Positions 37,876 to 46,970 of a stretch of 64,000 bases of DNA are shown piece after piece. Each line of letters starts with the position of its first letter. The stretch's first letter is position 1. A program made the translations under genes and the position numbers. The notes beneath the pieces are model-generated. The model had not been told where the DNA came from, did no database searches, and saw only the letters and a program-made list of their open reading frames with translations. Location: positions 10,815 through 74,814 of the IMG/VR virus record IMGVR_UViG_3300020049_013266, one strand, 5' to 3'. Source of the DNA: a virus (Duplodnaviria; Heunggongvirae; Uroviricota; Caudoviricetes).

Positions 37876-38097
37876 TTATTTAATTCTGGTTACAAATCCT
37901 CTGATTGTTCTAAATTCCTTTTCCGGGAATAATTTTTTAGCATGAGTAAAAAGAACCGAAAACGAACGATCCATATAAAAATCATAATCTCCACGATGCT
38001 CTTTTATAAAATCTTTTTTGCTAAATTTTTCCTCGACTTCCATAGAAGCCAACTTATCAGAGACTTTTCCCTGATAAGTGTGTTTATGCTTTCCCAT
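37876..38097 (-). CDS. hypothetical protein
   Basis: 73-aa ORF. Confidence 0.4.
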   Translation of the reverse strand: MGKHKHTYQGKVSDKLASMEVEEKFSKKDFIKEHRGDYDFYMDRSFSVLFTHAKKLFPEKEFRTIRGFVTRIK

Positions 38098-38100
38098 GAT

Positions 38101-39054
38101 TTACTTTATATTTAAAAATGCTCCTGAATTGTTTCCTAAAACCGTGCTTGGAACTCTTGGAACATCAGGATTAACATCAACCCATTTCAAATATTCTACA
38201 TAAATCGGAGTCAGTTCTGATTTTTTAAGTTTCATAGCTTGTGCTACTGACGCTGCTTCAATTACAACTACTGCGCTATCTCCTTTCGCTAAGGCAACTT
38301 TTCTTTGAGCATCAGCTGTAGCTGCTTTTGCTTGGGATTCAGAAGTAATTGCATCCTGAACAGCTTTCGCTTTTGCGTTTATGGAAGCCGAAATACTTGG
38401 AGGCGGTTGTATGTTGGTTCTTAGCTGAGAAATTGTAAACCATTTTCCAACACGTTTATTCGTTTCTACTACAATAGCTGATTCAAAACCAGCTCTATTA
38501 TTAAAAATATCATCAATAACCCAAGTATTGGCAACATCTGTTACAGAACCTAATATTGCGGTTTCAAGCCATCCTTGTTCAACACCTTCTAGCCCACCAC
38601 TTCTATATGAAGTTCTTAGATTAGTAAACATGTCAGCAGTTGTAGCTCTTTTAACAGAATAATTAAAACTTGGATATATATCACAAGTAAATCCTCCTTT
38701 TGCTACAACTACTTGTTTTCCATATTTAACAGTTCTTTGGTCTAGCGGTATTTCTTGAAGTTCTTCCGTATAATTATTATAAAATACGAACCCTGAAACG
38801 TCTTTAATATTTGATGCCCCTCTATTATCGCCTACTAAATTAACTAATAATCCTTGATGTCCAGCATCAATCTTACCTAAGGAATAGGGTTGAAAAAAAA
38901 TAAAAAGAAGTGCAATTATTGAAAATACAATCGGTTTGTATTTAATTCCATCAAAGCGCCCATATTCGTCTTTTGTAATGAAGGAAAATCTTTTTTGAGC
39001 TATCATTGTTCCTACTATAATAGCGAATACGATTAATAAAATAATTGTTATCAT
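38101..39054 (-). CDS. SPFH/band-7 (HflK/HflC/stomatin-like) membrane protein
   Basis: N-terminal transmembrane helix, SPFH-core-like region, and an Ala/Lys/Gln-rich HflK/C-type C-terminus (AKAKAVQDAITSESQAKAATADAQRKVALAKG). Confidence 0.55.
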   Translation of the reverse strand: MITIILLIVFAIIVGTMIAQKRFSFITKDEYGRFDGIKYKPIVFSIIALLFIFFQPYSLGKIDAGHQGLLVNLVGDNRGASNIKDVSGFVFYNNYTEELQEIPLDQRTVKYGKQVVVAKGGFTCDIYPSFNYSVKRATTADMFTNLRTSYRSGGLEGVEQGWLETAILGSVTDVANTWVIDDIFNNRAGFESAIVVETNKRVGKWFTISQLRTNIQPPPSISASINAKAKAVQDAITSESQAKAATADAQRKVALAKGDSAVVVIEAASVAQAMKLKKSELTPIYVEYLKWVDVNPDVPRVPSTVLGNNSGAFLNIK

Positions 39055-39068
39055 AATGTTTGTGTTTT

Positions 39069-40283
39069 TTAATTGATTTTAGTTGGTACGTTATAATTTG
39101 TTTTTAGCCACGCAGACAATGATTTTTCTCCGGATAATTTGAAGTCATTGAATATGTTGTCCCATGAAGCTTCTTTTTGCATTTCTTTTAAATCTGCAAG
39201 GTTTTGTTTATCTTCAATAGGGATTAGTTTTTCTACCAAAGATTCGTTTACCGGCTCAGTAACTACTTCAATGTTTTTTACATCTACGACTTCTGGAATA
39301 ACTTCTTCAACCGGAGTAGAAATTTTAGTTTCTATTTTAGAAATTAGTTTTACCCATTTTTCATCATCGTAAGTTTTAATATCCAGAACAGCGACAAAGA
39401 AATCATGACCAACAAAAGTATCTTGGAAGTCGAATTTAAGTCCTAATTCAACAAGTTGCTGAATTCTACCATCTACTTTTAATTGGTGTTCGCTTTTCTT
39501 TTGCTCTTTCTGTTTTTCTAATTCGAAATTGGCTTTTTCTTTGGCGAATTTATCTCTTTCTGATTGTGCAACTGCTTCGGATTTACGGATAGCTTCTTGC
39601 TTCGCTTCTATTTCAGCATTTTTCCTGGCTAATTCTTCCGCTTCGTTAGCAAGTCTGATTTTTTCCAAACGAGTGTTTTCGGATTCTGTAAGCGAATTAG
39701 TTTTTAAATTCAAAACCTCGGTAAGTTCTTCAACTTTCTTTGGAAACAACGGCTCAAACTCTTTTAGAACGGTAGCATCAAAATTAGTGTAAGATTCATA
39801 GAATTCCGAGGAAACAGTTTCGATATCAGCGAATACCAAATTGGTAAATTTCCCTTTCCATTCATCTGAATAGTCAGAAAGAATCTTTTTGATTCCGTCA
39901 ACACGCTCTTGCTCCAAACGAATTTTTTCCAATCTCCTTTTTTCGATTTCGGCTTCCCAAACATCTACAGAATCCTGGCGAAGAGTTTCTTGAATTTTTA
40001 CATCAGAAACAAGCGTGGAATACTCATTGTCCACTACGTCAAGAATTTTTTCTTTGATTTTACGCTTAACATCTGCTTTTTCTTTCTCCAAAGAAGTTCG
40101 GAGAGTTTTTACAGTAGTACGGCTTTTTTTGGCAGCCTCATAAGTTTCGGTGTCTGTAATGACAATAATTGGATTTGCTTCAATTACAGCTTTTATTTCT
40201 TCTTTTTTACCTTGAAGCTCTGATAGCTGTGTGACTGAAAATTTCTCTAAATTCAGCAATTCTGTTTTTCCTTTAGGTGGCAT
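39069..40283 (-). CDS. hypothetical coiled-coil protein (E/K-rich, 404 aa)
   Basis: Long ORF next to the recombination genes. Confidence 0.5.
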   Translation of the reverse strand: MPPKGKTELLNLEKFSVTQLSELQGKKEEIKAVIEANPIIVITDTETYEAAKKSRTTVKTLRTSLEKEKADVKRKIKEKILDVVDNEYSTLVSDVKIQETLRQDSVDVWEAEIEKRRLEKIRLEQERVDGIKKILSDYSDEWKGKFTNLVFADIETVSSEFYESYTNFDATVLKEFEPLFPKKVEELTEVLNLKTNSLTESENTRLEKIRLANEAEELARKNAEIEAKQEAIRKSEAVAQSERDKFAKEKANFELEKQKEQKKSEHQLKVDGRIQQLVELGLKFDFQDTFVGHDFFVAVLDIKTYDDEKWVKLISKIETKISTPVEEVIPEVVDVKNIEVVTEPVNESLVEKLIPIEDKQNLADLKEMQKEASWDNIFNDFKLSGEKSLSAWLKTNYNVPTKIN

Positions 40284-40302
40284 ATTATTTATTTAAAAGT
40301 TA

Positions 40303-40593
40303 TTAATTAAATTTTGGTTTGTAAGCGGTGATTACTGGTTCTCTGTTGTATGTGTACTGCTTTGTTCCGCAAATAGCACATTCTCTGCTCCATCGAGCTT
40401 TTTCGACATCCCTGTATCCGGCAAAACTCCAGTGAGGATCTGATCCCGCTCCATCCTGAACACTTCCGTATCCTTCTTTGACAGTTTCAGGATCATAAAT
40501 AGCTGCTTTGAATGAGTGGGTACAATTTTTTATTTTGTTTTTCTCCGACTCAATCTGTCTTTGTAATTCGTTTATTTTATCATTAGGATTCAT
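40303..40593 (-). CDS. hypothetical protein
   Basis: 96-aa ORF downstream of the integrase gene; 11-nt overlap. Confidence 0.4.
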   Translation of the reverse strand: MNPNDKINELQRQIESEKNKIKNCTHSFKAAIYDPETVKEGYGSVQDGAGSDPHWSFAGYRDVEKARWSRECAICGTKQYTYNREPVITAYKPKFN

Positions 40594-41836
40594 TACTGTT
40601 CCATTTGTTATGCATTATTTCAGCATATTCTTGTTTGCTTTTTTTGTTATAATGATTTAACATATTGCTGTTTTTGCTCCATCCCATAATGGCTGACAAA
40701 GTTTCGTTGTCAACTTTTCCATAGAAGTTGGACGCGAATGATTTGCGACAAACGTGCGAGGAAATAAGTTGCCACTTCCTGTAATAGCCAAAAACCTTAC
40801 GCTTACGTTTTTTATCAAACAACTTCCCGTACATCTGCTTATCTATTTCACAGATTTGGCAAATTGTTTTAATGTGAATATTGAAATCGGTTTTACTTAT
40901 TTTTGGTGGCAGATTACCGAAGTTTGATTCAATTACTTTTTTTAATACCGGATGAATGGGAACCACGATTCTTTTGCCTGTTTTCTGCGTTTTAATTTTG
41001 AATACACCATCTGAAATATTAGAAGTGTCTAATTTAGAGAAATCCCCAAATCTCATTCCTGAAAACACGCCAACCAAGAAGTTTTGCTTTGTAATATCCA
41101 ATTCGTAATTATCTGAAAAATCGTGATCAATAATGCTTTGTATTTCGGCTTCATTCAAATAAACTCCCTCAGCATCTTCGTCTTTATCGAAATAGATTCT
41201 TTGTTTAAACGAATTACTTACTTCGATATTGTGTTCGAGTGCGCGATTAAGGAAAAATCGGAACCGGCCAACGTGTCTTTCAATTGTGGAAACCTGGTAA
41301 AACTCAGTTTCTAAATAATCCGCAAATGATTTCAGGTCCGAAACGCGAATATTTCTCAACTGCAGTCGCTCTCCGATTACTGATTCATATTCCGAAACAA
41401 TGGAGACGAATTTTTTGTACTGGTTATGCAACGGCAATCCCATTTTTTTCTTACTTGATACATTCCAATCGTCAGCATGATTTTCCAGCCACCACAGCGC
41501 AAAATCTACTAAATATATAGTATGTGCCGGATTAATCATTTTTAACTCTTCTTTAGGGCGATTAAAGCTGTTTTTTATGGCAGATGCAACCCAGAATTTA
41601 TCAACTATAATTCCCCTGCTAAAATCGTTATTGTACTGTTTTAGAAGATCTGTTTTTAATTGTTGCAGCGAAATGTTCAATCCCGGATTATTAATAACGC
41701 TCTGATTATCTAAATCCCATTCAGCATCTTTCAACATGATATTTGTTGAACATGAAATATCCAATTTAGAATATCTCATTCTAACAAGGAGTTTCTTAAC
41801 CTCCTTTCTTCCTTGTAATGAAAATGTAATGTTCAT
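40583..41836 (-). CDS. int: tyrosine-type site-specific integrase
   Basis: 417 aa with a catalytic-domain signature: GMRFGD (Arg I), HVCRKSFASN (H..R box II), MGWSKNSNMLNHY (H/W...Y catalytic Tyr); N-terminal arm/SAM-like region. Confidence 0.7.
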   Translation of the reverse strand: MNITFSLQGRKEVKKLLVRMRYSKLDISCSTNIMLKDAEWDLDNQSVINNPGLNISLQQLKTDLLKQYNNDFSRGIIVDKFWVASAIKNSFNRPKEELKMINPAHTIYLVDFALWWLENHADDWNVSSKKKMGLPLHNQYKKFVSIVSEYESVIGERLQLRNIRVSDLKSFADYLETEFYQVSTIERHVGRFRFFLNRALEHNIEVSNSFKQRIYFDKDEDAEGVYLNEAEIQSIIDHDFSDNYELDITKQNFLVGVFSGMRFGDFSKLDTSNISDGVFKIKTQKTGKRIVVPIHPVLKKVIESNFGNLPPKISKTDFNIHIKTICQICEIDKQMYGKLFDKKRKRKVFGYYRKWQLISSHVCRKSFASNFYGKVDNETLSAIMGWSKNSNMLNHYNKKSKQEYAEIMHNKWNSNES

Positions 41837-42084
41837 GATTTCCTTTTTTTAAATTACCAATCTAATCCGTGAAGAATTTTTATACTCGTAACTGTAACAG
41901 AATACTCTTCTCCTAATATCTGTATCATTTCTTTTGATAAAATATCAAATCTTTCTCTGTCCAGTTTCTTAGCGGAAACATGAAGTTCTTTACTGAATTC
42001 TTTTTGTAAACTAACTTTCCTATCGTTGAAATTTTTAAGAGCTGTTCTATACGTGTAGTATTTTTGTTTTTATTTTACTCATGA

Positions 42085-42294
42085 CTATTTCTCTTTTTCA
42101 ATTAAATCATTCAATACTCTTAAATTATTCCCTGCTATAGAACCAGGAATAACACCAGTAGACCTGAAAGAAATCAATCCTTGGCTTATTGTCCGTCTGT
42201 TCGATAATTTCAGCAACATATTCTGAAACATTTTCTCTACTTTTTTAAAGGTTTTTGTTCCTTCAATTTCTTCGTTTGATACAATGAATTCCAT
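42085..42294 (-). CDS. hypothetical protein
   Basis: 69-aa ORF downstream of the HTH gene. Confidence 0.4.
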   Translation of the reverse strand: MEFIVSNEEIEGTKTFKKVEKMFQNMLLKLSNRRTISQGLISFRSTGVIPGSIAGNNLRVLNDLIEKEK

Positions 42295-42298
42295 AAGG

Positions 42299-42538
42299 TT
42301 ATTTTGTATTAGTGTTGGTTATTAATTCGATTAAATCTATTCCAAGAGCCATGAAAATTGTGTGTATTTTATCAAAAGGAACTCCCTTGTGAGCGCCATT
42401 TTCAATACGGGAAATCAACGTGTGCTGATCTGTGTTTCCAGACATTATAACAGACAAATCTTTCTGAGTAAGCTTTTTACTCTTTCGTTTAGATTTTATT
42501 ACAACGCCTATCTGAATTGCAGTATTTTCTTTTGCCAT
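42299..42538 (-). CDS. XRE-family helix-turn-helix transcriptional regulator (Cro/CI-like)
   Basis: LTQKDLSVIMSGNTDQHTLISRIENG is a canonical HTH_3 motif; located near the integrase. Confidence 0.6.
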   Translation of the reverse strand: MAKENTAIQIGVVIKSKRKSKKLTQKDLSVIMSGNTDQHTLISRIENGAHKGVPFDKIHTIFMALGIDLIELITNTNTK

Positions 42539-42554
42539 GGTTTGTTTTTAATTA

Positions 42555-42746
42555 TTAAAAAGGGCAATCTGATTTTTTTGCTTTAGGGATTAGATATTCA
42601 TAATCCCTTCTAATTTTCTCCTGAATCGCTTTTCTTATAAAATCAGCGACATTTACCTGATAACTATCTAACTTTTTCAAAGTATTATGCTGAATTTCTG
42701 TAATCTTAATTACTTTGACTTTCGTATATTTTATAGACTTCCCCAT
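42555..42746 (-). CDS. hypothetical small DNA-binding-like protein
   Basis: 63-aa ORF. Confidence 0.35.
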   Translation of the reverse strand: MGKSIKYTKVKVIKITEIQHNTLKKLDSYQVNVADFIRKAIQEKIRRDYEYLIPKAKKSDCPF

Positions 42747-42829
42747 GAATAAGTAATACTTTTATAGCTGTTAGCGAATAGTTATATTCCAGCTTCGAGC
42801 AACTTTCTGGCGAAAGCTACTCTGGCTGT

Positions 42830-43027
42830 TTATTTGTTGCATTTTCTTTCTAATTGTCTTTTACACCATTCTTCGGCTTCTTCGACTGTTTTAGCAGGTT
42901 GTGCTTTAAAAAAATCATCCAAAGTTGGTTTTACTTCGTCATACTTTTTCGATTTGTCCCAATCCTCTAAAATCTTTTCTTCTGTATTATTCTTAAAATA
43001 TGCTTTAAGTTCTTCAAGTAAGTTCAT
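42830..43027 (-). CDS. hypothetical protein
   Basis: 65-aa ORF. Confidence 0.4.
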   Translation of the reverse strand: MNLLEELKAYFKNNTEEKILEDWDKSKKYDEVKPTLDDFFKAQPAKTVEEAEEWCKRQLERKCNK

Positions 43028-43119
43028 ATCAGTAATTTTTAAATTAATAATTGTCGTAAAAAAGCCGAGAATATAACAGCTACTACAATCAATAGCTTCA
43101 TTTGGCTTTGGTTATTATT

Positions 43120-43200
43120 GTTTTGTGCTTGCATTGTTCGGGCAAACTCCGATAATTTGGCAACTCAGCACGCTACTGTTTGTAGTAGCAAAACGTTATG
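43120..43200 (+). repeat. repeat element E (hairpin GCTACT-GTTTGT-AGTAGC, AAACGTTATGCG core)
   Basis: Core at 43193-43200, overlapping the stop of the 43196..43537 gene. Confidence 0.5.
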
Positions 43201-43537
43201 CGTTATTGTAGCGAGCCTTGAATAAATCATAGGCTTTATCCATTTCGCCACCTTCTGAATTTAATAAATTAATAAGGTCGTTATCTTTATCAAGCACTTT
43301 CCAGAAATCTAAATCACAACATTCACGTTTTGTATTTCTATCAAAGTCAGGAATATCTTCTTCTGTTTCTTGGTCAGTATCGAAGTATTTTGAGCAGGTC
43401 GCTTCTTCTGCATAAATACCTCCATAATCACTATCCCCAACTTCCTCGTGCTGAAAATGTTGGCAAAAAGAACAACAACGCATAACACTTGCTAAACAAG
43501 ATTCGGGTTTGGTTTTTGTATTTAAAGTCTGTTTCAT
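43196..43537 (-). CDS. Cys-rich acidic hypothetical protein
   Basis: 113-aa ORF. Confidence 0.45.
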   Translation of the reverse strand: MKQTLNTKTKPESCLASVMRCCSFCQHFQHEEVGDSDYGGIYAEEATCSKYFDTDQETEEDIPDFDRNTKRECCDLDFWKVLDKDNDLINLLNSEGGEMDKAYDLFKARYNNA

Positions 43538-43544
43538 TTTTGTA

Positions 43545-43620
43545 ATTATTAGTTATTAATCGAAAATCTGTTTTTTATTTTGTCCCGAACCTCGCTTAGC
43601 AAGAGACCGTTAGCAAACAG
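43545..43620 (+). repeat. repeat element F (GACCGTTAGCAAACAG core)
   Basis: Core at 43606-43614. Confidence 0.45.
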
Positions 43621-43905
43621 CTACACAATACCGTCCAAAGAATAAGCGGTTAATATCGATTCCTCTTCAATTGGACATAATACATATCTTTCTGGAGAAT
43701 GATAATATCTCGATTCTGCTTTAACGTAAGCTTGTTTTAATGCTTCCTCAACGTGCATTTTTGCAAATTCAATCATACAATCAATAATATCAGATTCGTC
43801 TAAATTATCTATTATGAGCCTAAAATCACATCCTTCGTTTCCTTCTTTTATGAAATCTATTGCTTTTCTCATTTTTTTGTAAATATTTAGCCGATTTGCT
43901 AACAC
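43621..43905 (-). CDS. hypothetical protein
   Basis: 94-aa ORF. Confidence 0.45.
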   Translation of the reverse strand: MLANRLNIYKKMRKAIDFIKEGNEGCDFRLIIDNLDESDIIDCMIEFAKMHVEEALKQAYVKAESRYYHSPERYVLCPIEEESILTAYSLDGIV

Positions 43906-44035
43906 TGCATAACAGTAATTTAGGCATCAGGCTTGATTTATAATTTGTTTTGTACTTGCGAACTTGGTCTTTAACCTCGATAGATTAGGTTTACTTTTCC
44001 TAAACTACTGTTATGCTTTAACGTTAGCAGTTATA
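43906..44035 (+). repeat. repeat element G (inverted repeat GCATAACAGTA 43907-43917 / TACTGTTATGC 44006-44016; TAACGTTAGCAG core 44021-44030)
   Basis: 11-bp arms about 90 nt apart, followed directly by the ACGTTAGC core. Confidence 0.55.
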
Positions 44036-44395
44036 CTACCGTAGACCATCATCTTCACGTTCACAAGGAATACTATCATTAAAATAATATCCTTTTTCCA
44101 TACAATGATAAGTTTGTTCATTAACATAAAAATCTTCTGTAATTGTATCTTTTCCTTTAATAGCAGTAACAGTTAATATAAAATCCTCATCATCAAATCC
44201 CGTATGTGGCATCATAATAAAAGACTTTCCGCATGGCATTGAAGTAAAATATGTATAAGTTCTTGGTTCTTCATAAGTTTTTGATACAATTTTTCCGCTG
44301 TGAATTTCGTGACCACAACCAATAAAAAGTACAACTACTAACAGCACATAAGCAAAAGCAATTAATTGGGTCTTAAATTTAAAGTTTGTTTTCAT
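44036..44395 (-). CDS. putative lipoprotein
   Basis: N-terminal signal-like MKTNFKFKTQLIAFAYVLLVVVLFIGCG with a lipobox-like LFIGC. Confidence 0.45.
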   Translation of the reverse strand: MKTNFKFKTQLIAFAYVLLVVVLFIGCGHEIHSGKIVSKTYEEPRTYTYFTSMPCGKSFIMMPHTGFDDEDFILTVTAIKGKDTITEDFYVNEQTYHCMEKGYYFNDSIPCEREDDGLR

Positions 44396-44477
44396 TTTTT
44401 AATTATTTATGATTAATTTAAAGTTTAGTTATTATCGGCAATTGCCTTCGATTATCTGCAAAGCGTTAGCGATAATG
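44396..44477 (+). repeat. repeat element H (GGCAATTGCC palindrome, AAGCGTTAGCGATAATGCTAAG core)
   Basis: Core at 44462-44470. Confidence 0.5.
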
Positions 44478-44915
44478 CTAAGAAACTGCATCTAACAAAT
44501 CTTGTTTTGTAATAATGAATTTGTCTTTATAATTTTCATAGTAAAGTTCAGGGAATAAAGCATTAATCTTATCAAAATCTATATTTCCAGATAATACTTT
44601 CATTATTTTTTCAACCTCGTTTTCGTTGTTGTTTTCAGAAAATCTATCATCGTCTATTCTTTCGGCTATCCAGTCGGCAGATAATGATAATATCGGCTCT
44701 AATTTTGAACCTTTGCAATTAAAAGTCGCATCATCTTCTAAGTCTTCTATTTGTTCTTTTTCTCCGTCAAAAACTCTATCGATAAAGTCTTCTAAATCGG
44801 TGTAAAAATCACCGTCTTTAAAGAAGTTCTCCATAAAACGAGAAGCACTATCGCTAACAGCCGATAAGCAAGATTGGTCATTAGTTTTTTCTGAATTATT
44901 GTCTTGTGTTTGCAT
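44478..44915 (-). CDS. acidic hypothetical protein
   Basis: 145-aa D/E-rich ORF. Confidence 0.45.
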   Translation of the reverse strand: MQTQDNNSEKTNDQSCLSAVSDSASRFMENFFKDGDFYTDLEDFIDRVFDGEKEQIEDLEDDATFNCKGSKLEPILSLSADWIAERIDDDRFSENNNENEVEKIMKVLSGNIDFDKINALFPELYYENYKDKFIITKQDLLDAVS

Positions 44916-44989
44916 AAATTTGTTTTTAATTTAATTATTAGTTTTTATTTTTACCAACCTCGCCTATCGCCAGAACGTTAGCAGTAATG
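44916..44989 (+). repeat. repeat element I (GAACGTTAGCAGTAATGCTAAGG core)
   Basis: Core at 44975-44982; nearly identical to the cores of H and G. Confidence 0.5.
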
Positions 44990-45253
44990 CTAAGGAATAG
45001 CGGAGAAAATCAAATCTTCTTCATAAGTGTATTTATTGTCGTTTTCAGATATCAAATAAATTGTAAAACACAAGGTATTTGATATTATTTGTTTATGAAT
45101 CATTACGGTTTTTACTTTGAACTTTGTGTAGCATTTTGTTATATTGCTTTTATAAAACAATTCAACCCCTGTTAAATCATTGTAAATAGAAGCACTACTG
45201 CTAACAACGGCTTGACTTTCAGCTTTACATTGGGTCTTTAATTTATTGCTCAT
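44990..45253 (-). CDS. hypothetical protein
   Basis: 87-aa ORF. Confidence 0.4.
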   Translation of the reverse strand: MSNKLKTQCKAESQAVVSSSASIYNDLTGVELFYKSNITKCYTKFKVKTVMIHKQIISNTLCFTIYLISENDNKYTYEEDLIFSAIP

Positions 45254-45340
45254 TTTTTATTATTTTTTATGGTTTTTAATCCGTTACATTCTTTTGTGTT
45301 TGCACAGCCGAAAATCAAGCCGCAACCGTTATCAGGAATA
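45254..45340 (+). repeat. repeat element J (CCGAAAATCAAGCCG...AACCGTTATCAGG)
   Basis: Shares CCGAAAAT and AAGCCG blocks with element A plus a degenerate core. Confidence 0.4.
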
Positions 45341-45622
45341 CTATCTAAATGATTTAAGTTCATTAGGAGCGAAAGACTTTCCTTTGCTTAAAAAATTGGT
45401 TACTGAATCGTAAAAGCGTTCGAATAATGTTTTCATGTTAATGATTTTTAGTTTGTATGAAATTAAAAGGGATCCAAATATAATCATAGCGATAATAAAC
45501 ACTGAGCTATTAATAGATACCGATGGTTTACAATGAGGATTGTTTTGCCTTCCTGCAACCGCACACCAACAGGGTGAAAATATCTCACAGTCTCCTGAAA
45601 AAGGTGGAGGTGGTGGATTCAT
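45341..45622 (-). CDS. hypothetical membrane-anchored protein
   Basis: 93-aa ORF with a hydrophobic segment. Confidence 0.4.
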   Translation of the reverse strand: MNPPPPPFSGDCEIFSPCWCAVAGRQNNPHCKPSVSINSSVFIIAMIIFGSLLISYKLKIINMKTLFERFYDSVTNFLSKGKSFAPNELKSFR

Positions 45623-45900
45623 GACATTTGTTTATTATCGTGTAATTGATGTATTATTTTTTCTGGCTCTGGCGAATACGTTTCATCAATTTTTAAAATT
45701 AAAGCCGCATATTCTTTTTTCTTTGCTAAAAAGAAGTTTTGCAATTTGTCTTGTAAAGCATTATTTACTTCCAGAGTATGCAAAGGCGATGATTTGTAAA
45801 TCATGTAATTAAAAAGGCTCTCTGCTTCTGATTCTGCAGTTAGTTTGCTATTTGTAAAATGATTGATACACTTTACGAAGTACATAAGTAATTTTTTCAT
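45619..45900 (-). CDS. hypothetical protein
   Basis: 93-aa ORF; ATGA coupling to the next gene. Confidence 0.4.
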   Translation of the reverse strand: MKKLLMYFVKCINHFTNSKLTAESEAESLFNYMIYKSSPLHTLEVNNALQDKLQNFFLAKKKEYAALILKIDETYSPEPEKIIHQLHDNKQMS

Positions 45901-46014
45901 GATAATATACGTTTTAATAAAAGTCCTAAAATTAATATGATTAATATGGTGGCAGGGTATTTGTATTCAGCCTCTTTTTCGTAGTCGGGTTCCTGGTTTT
46001 TCATAAAAATATTT

Positions 46015-46197
46015 TTAAACTGATTCAGTCACGTAATCTTCAAACATTTTGCAAGATAAACTCCCTATCCTTTTTCTGGTTTTAGGAGAATATATCTGGT
46101 ACATTTCACGCACTTGTTCAGCGTAAATTTCATCTTTTTCAACCAACAAAACTTTTTCTAATAAAGAAAACGGTTTTACAACTATGTATTTTTTCAT
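46015..46197 (-). CDS. hypothetical protein
   Basis: 60-aa ORF. Confidence 0.35.
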   Translation of the reverse strand: MKKYIVVKPFSLLEKVLLVEKDEIYAEQVREMYQIYSPKTRKRIGSLSCKMFEDYVTESV

Positions 46198-46224
46198 GAT
46201 TTTAATTTATTTTTTACGTTTTTA

Positions 46225-46623
46225 TTATTCCACATTTTTACAAAATCCACACAGGCAGTATTTACTAACTCGCTTCGTTAAATTATAAGCGTCTGCCGAA
46301 ATATCAATTGAGGCGTTTACTTCACCGCAAAGCCATTCACCGCTTAACACATCATTTAATACTGTTTGTGCCTGTTCTTCGCTACATTCGTACTTACTTT
46401 TAACATCGTGAACGCTCCAAAGGTTGTCAACGAAATACCCGTTATCCTTTAAAAATTGCTTTGCTGATTCTATAGTATAAATAGAGTCGGATTTTAAAGA
46501 ATGGTTTTCCGTTCCTTTAACAGGGTAAAATATTCCGTTAACTTTTTCCCACATCCACAAATCAGGGTTTTCTATTCCGCTTGAATCGTGAACATAATTT
46601 TTTGCTTCGTTATATGGTATCAT
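46225..46623 (-). CDS. hypothetical protein
   Basis: 132-aa ORF. Confidence 0.45.
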   Translation of the reverse strand: MIPYNEAKNYVHDSSGIENPDLWMWEKVNGIFYPVKGTENHSLKSDSIYTIESAKQFLKDNGYFVDNLWSVHDVKSKYECSEEQAQTVLNDVLSGEWLCGEVNASIDISADAYNLTKRVSKYCLCGFCKNVE

Positions 46624-46658
46624 TTTTTTGTTTTAAGGTTGTTGTTTTAATTTATTGA

Positions 46659-46970
46659 TTAGTAATAGCTTTCTATTTTACTAATACACCAATCTTCAAA
46701 TGATTGGTTGTTATTATTTCTCGTTCTGTTTTGCGCCCCTTCTTCGTATTTTTCACGCCACAAATAACTCATGTCTATAGAAACAGAATCGTGTTCAATT
46801 GCGCTCTCTAAATCTTCTTTATCTTCAATCAGTCCCTCGGCATCTTCACGAACGTAATAAAGTTCCACGTTGCCTTTTTCGTATAAATCTCTTGCCGTTT
46901 CTTCATCCAGACCAATCCAATTGTATTGGTTTCCTTCTTGGTCTCTTTGTTCTATAATGTGCGTTTTCAT
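46659..46970 (-). CDS. hypothetical acidic protein
   Basis: 103-aa ORF. Confidence 0.45.
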   Translation of the reverse strand: MKTHIIEQRDQEGNQYNWIGLDEETARDLYEKGNVELYYVREDAEGLIEDKEDLESAIEHDSVSIDMSYLWREKYEEGAQNRTRNNNNQSFEDWCISKIESYY

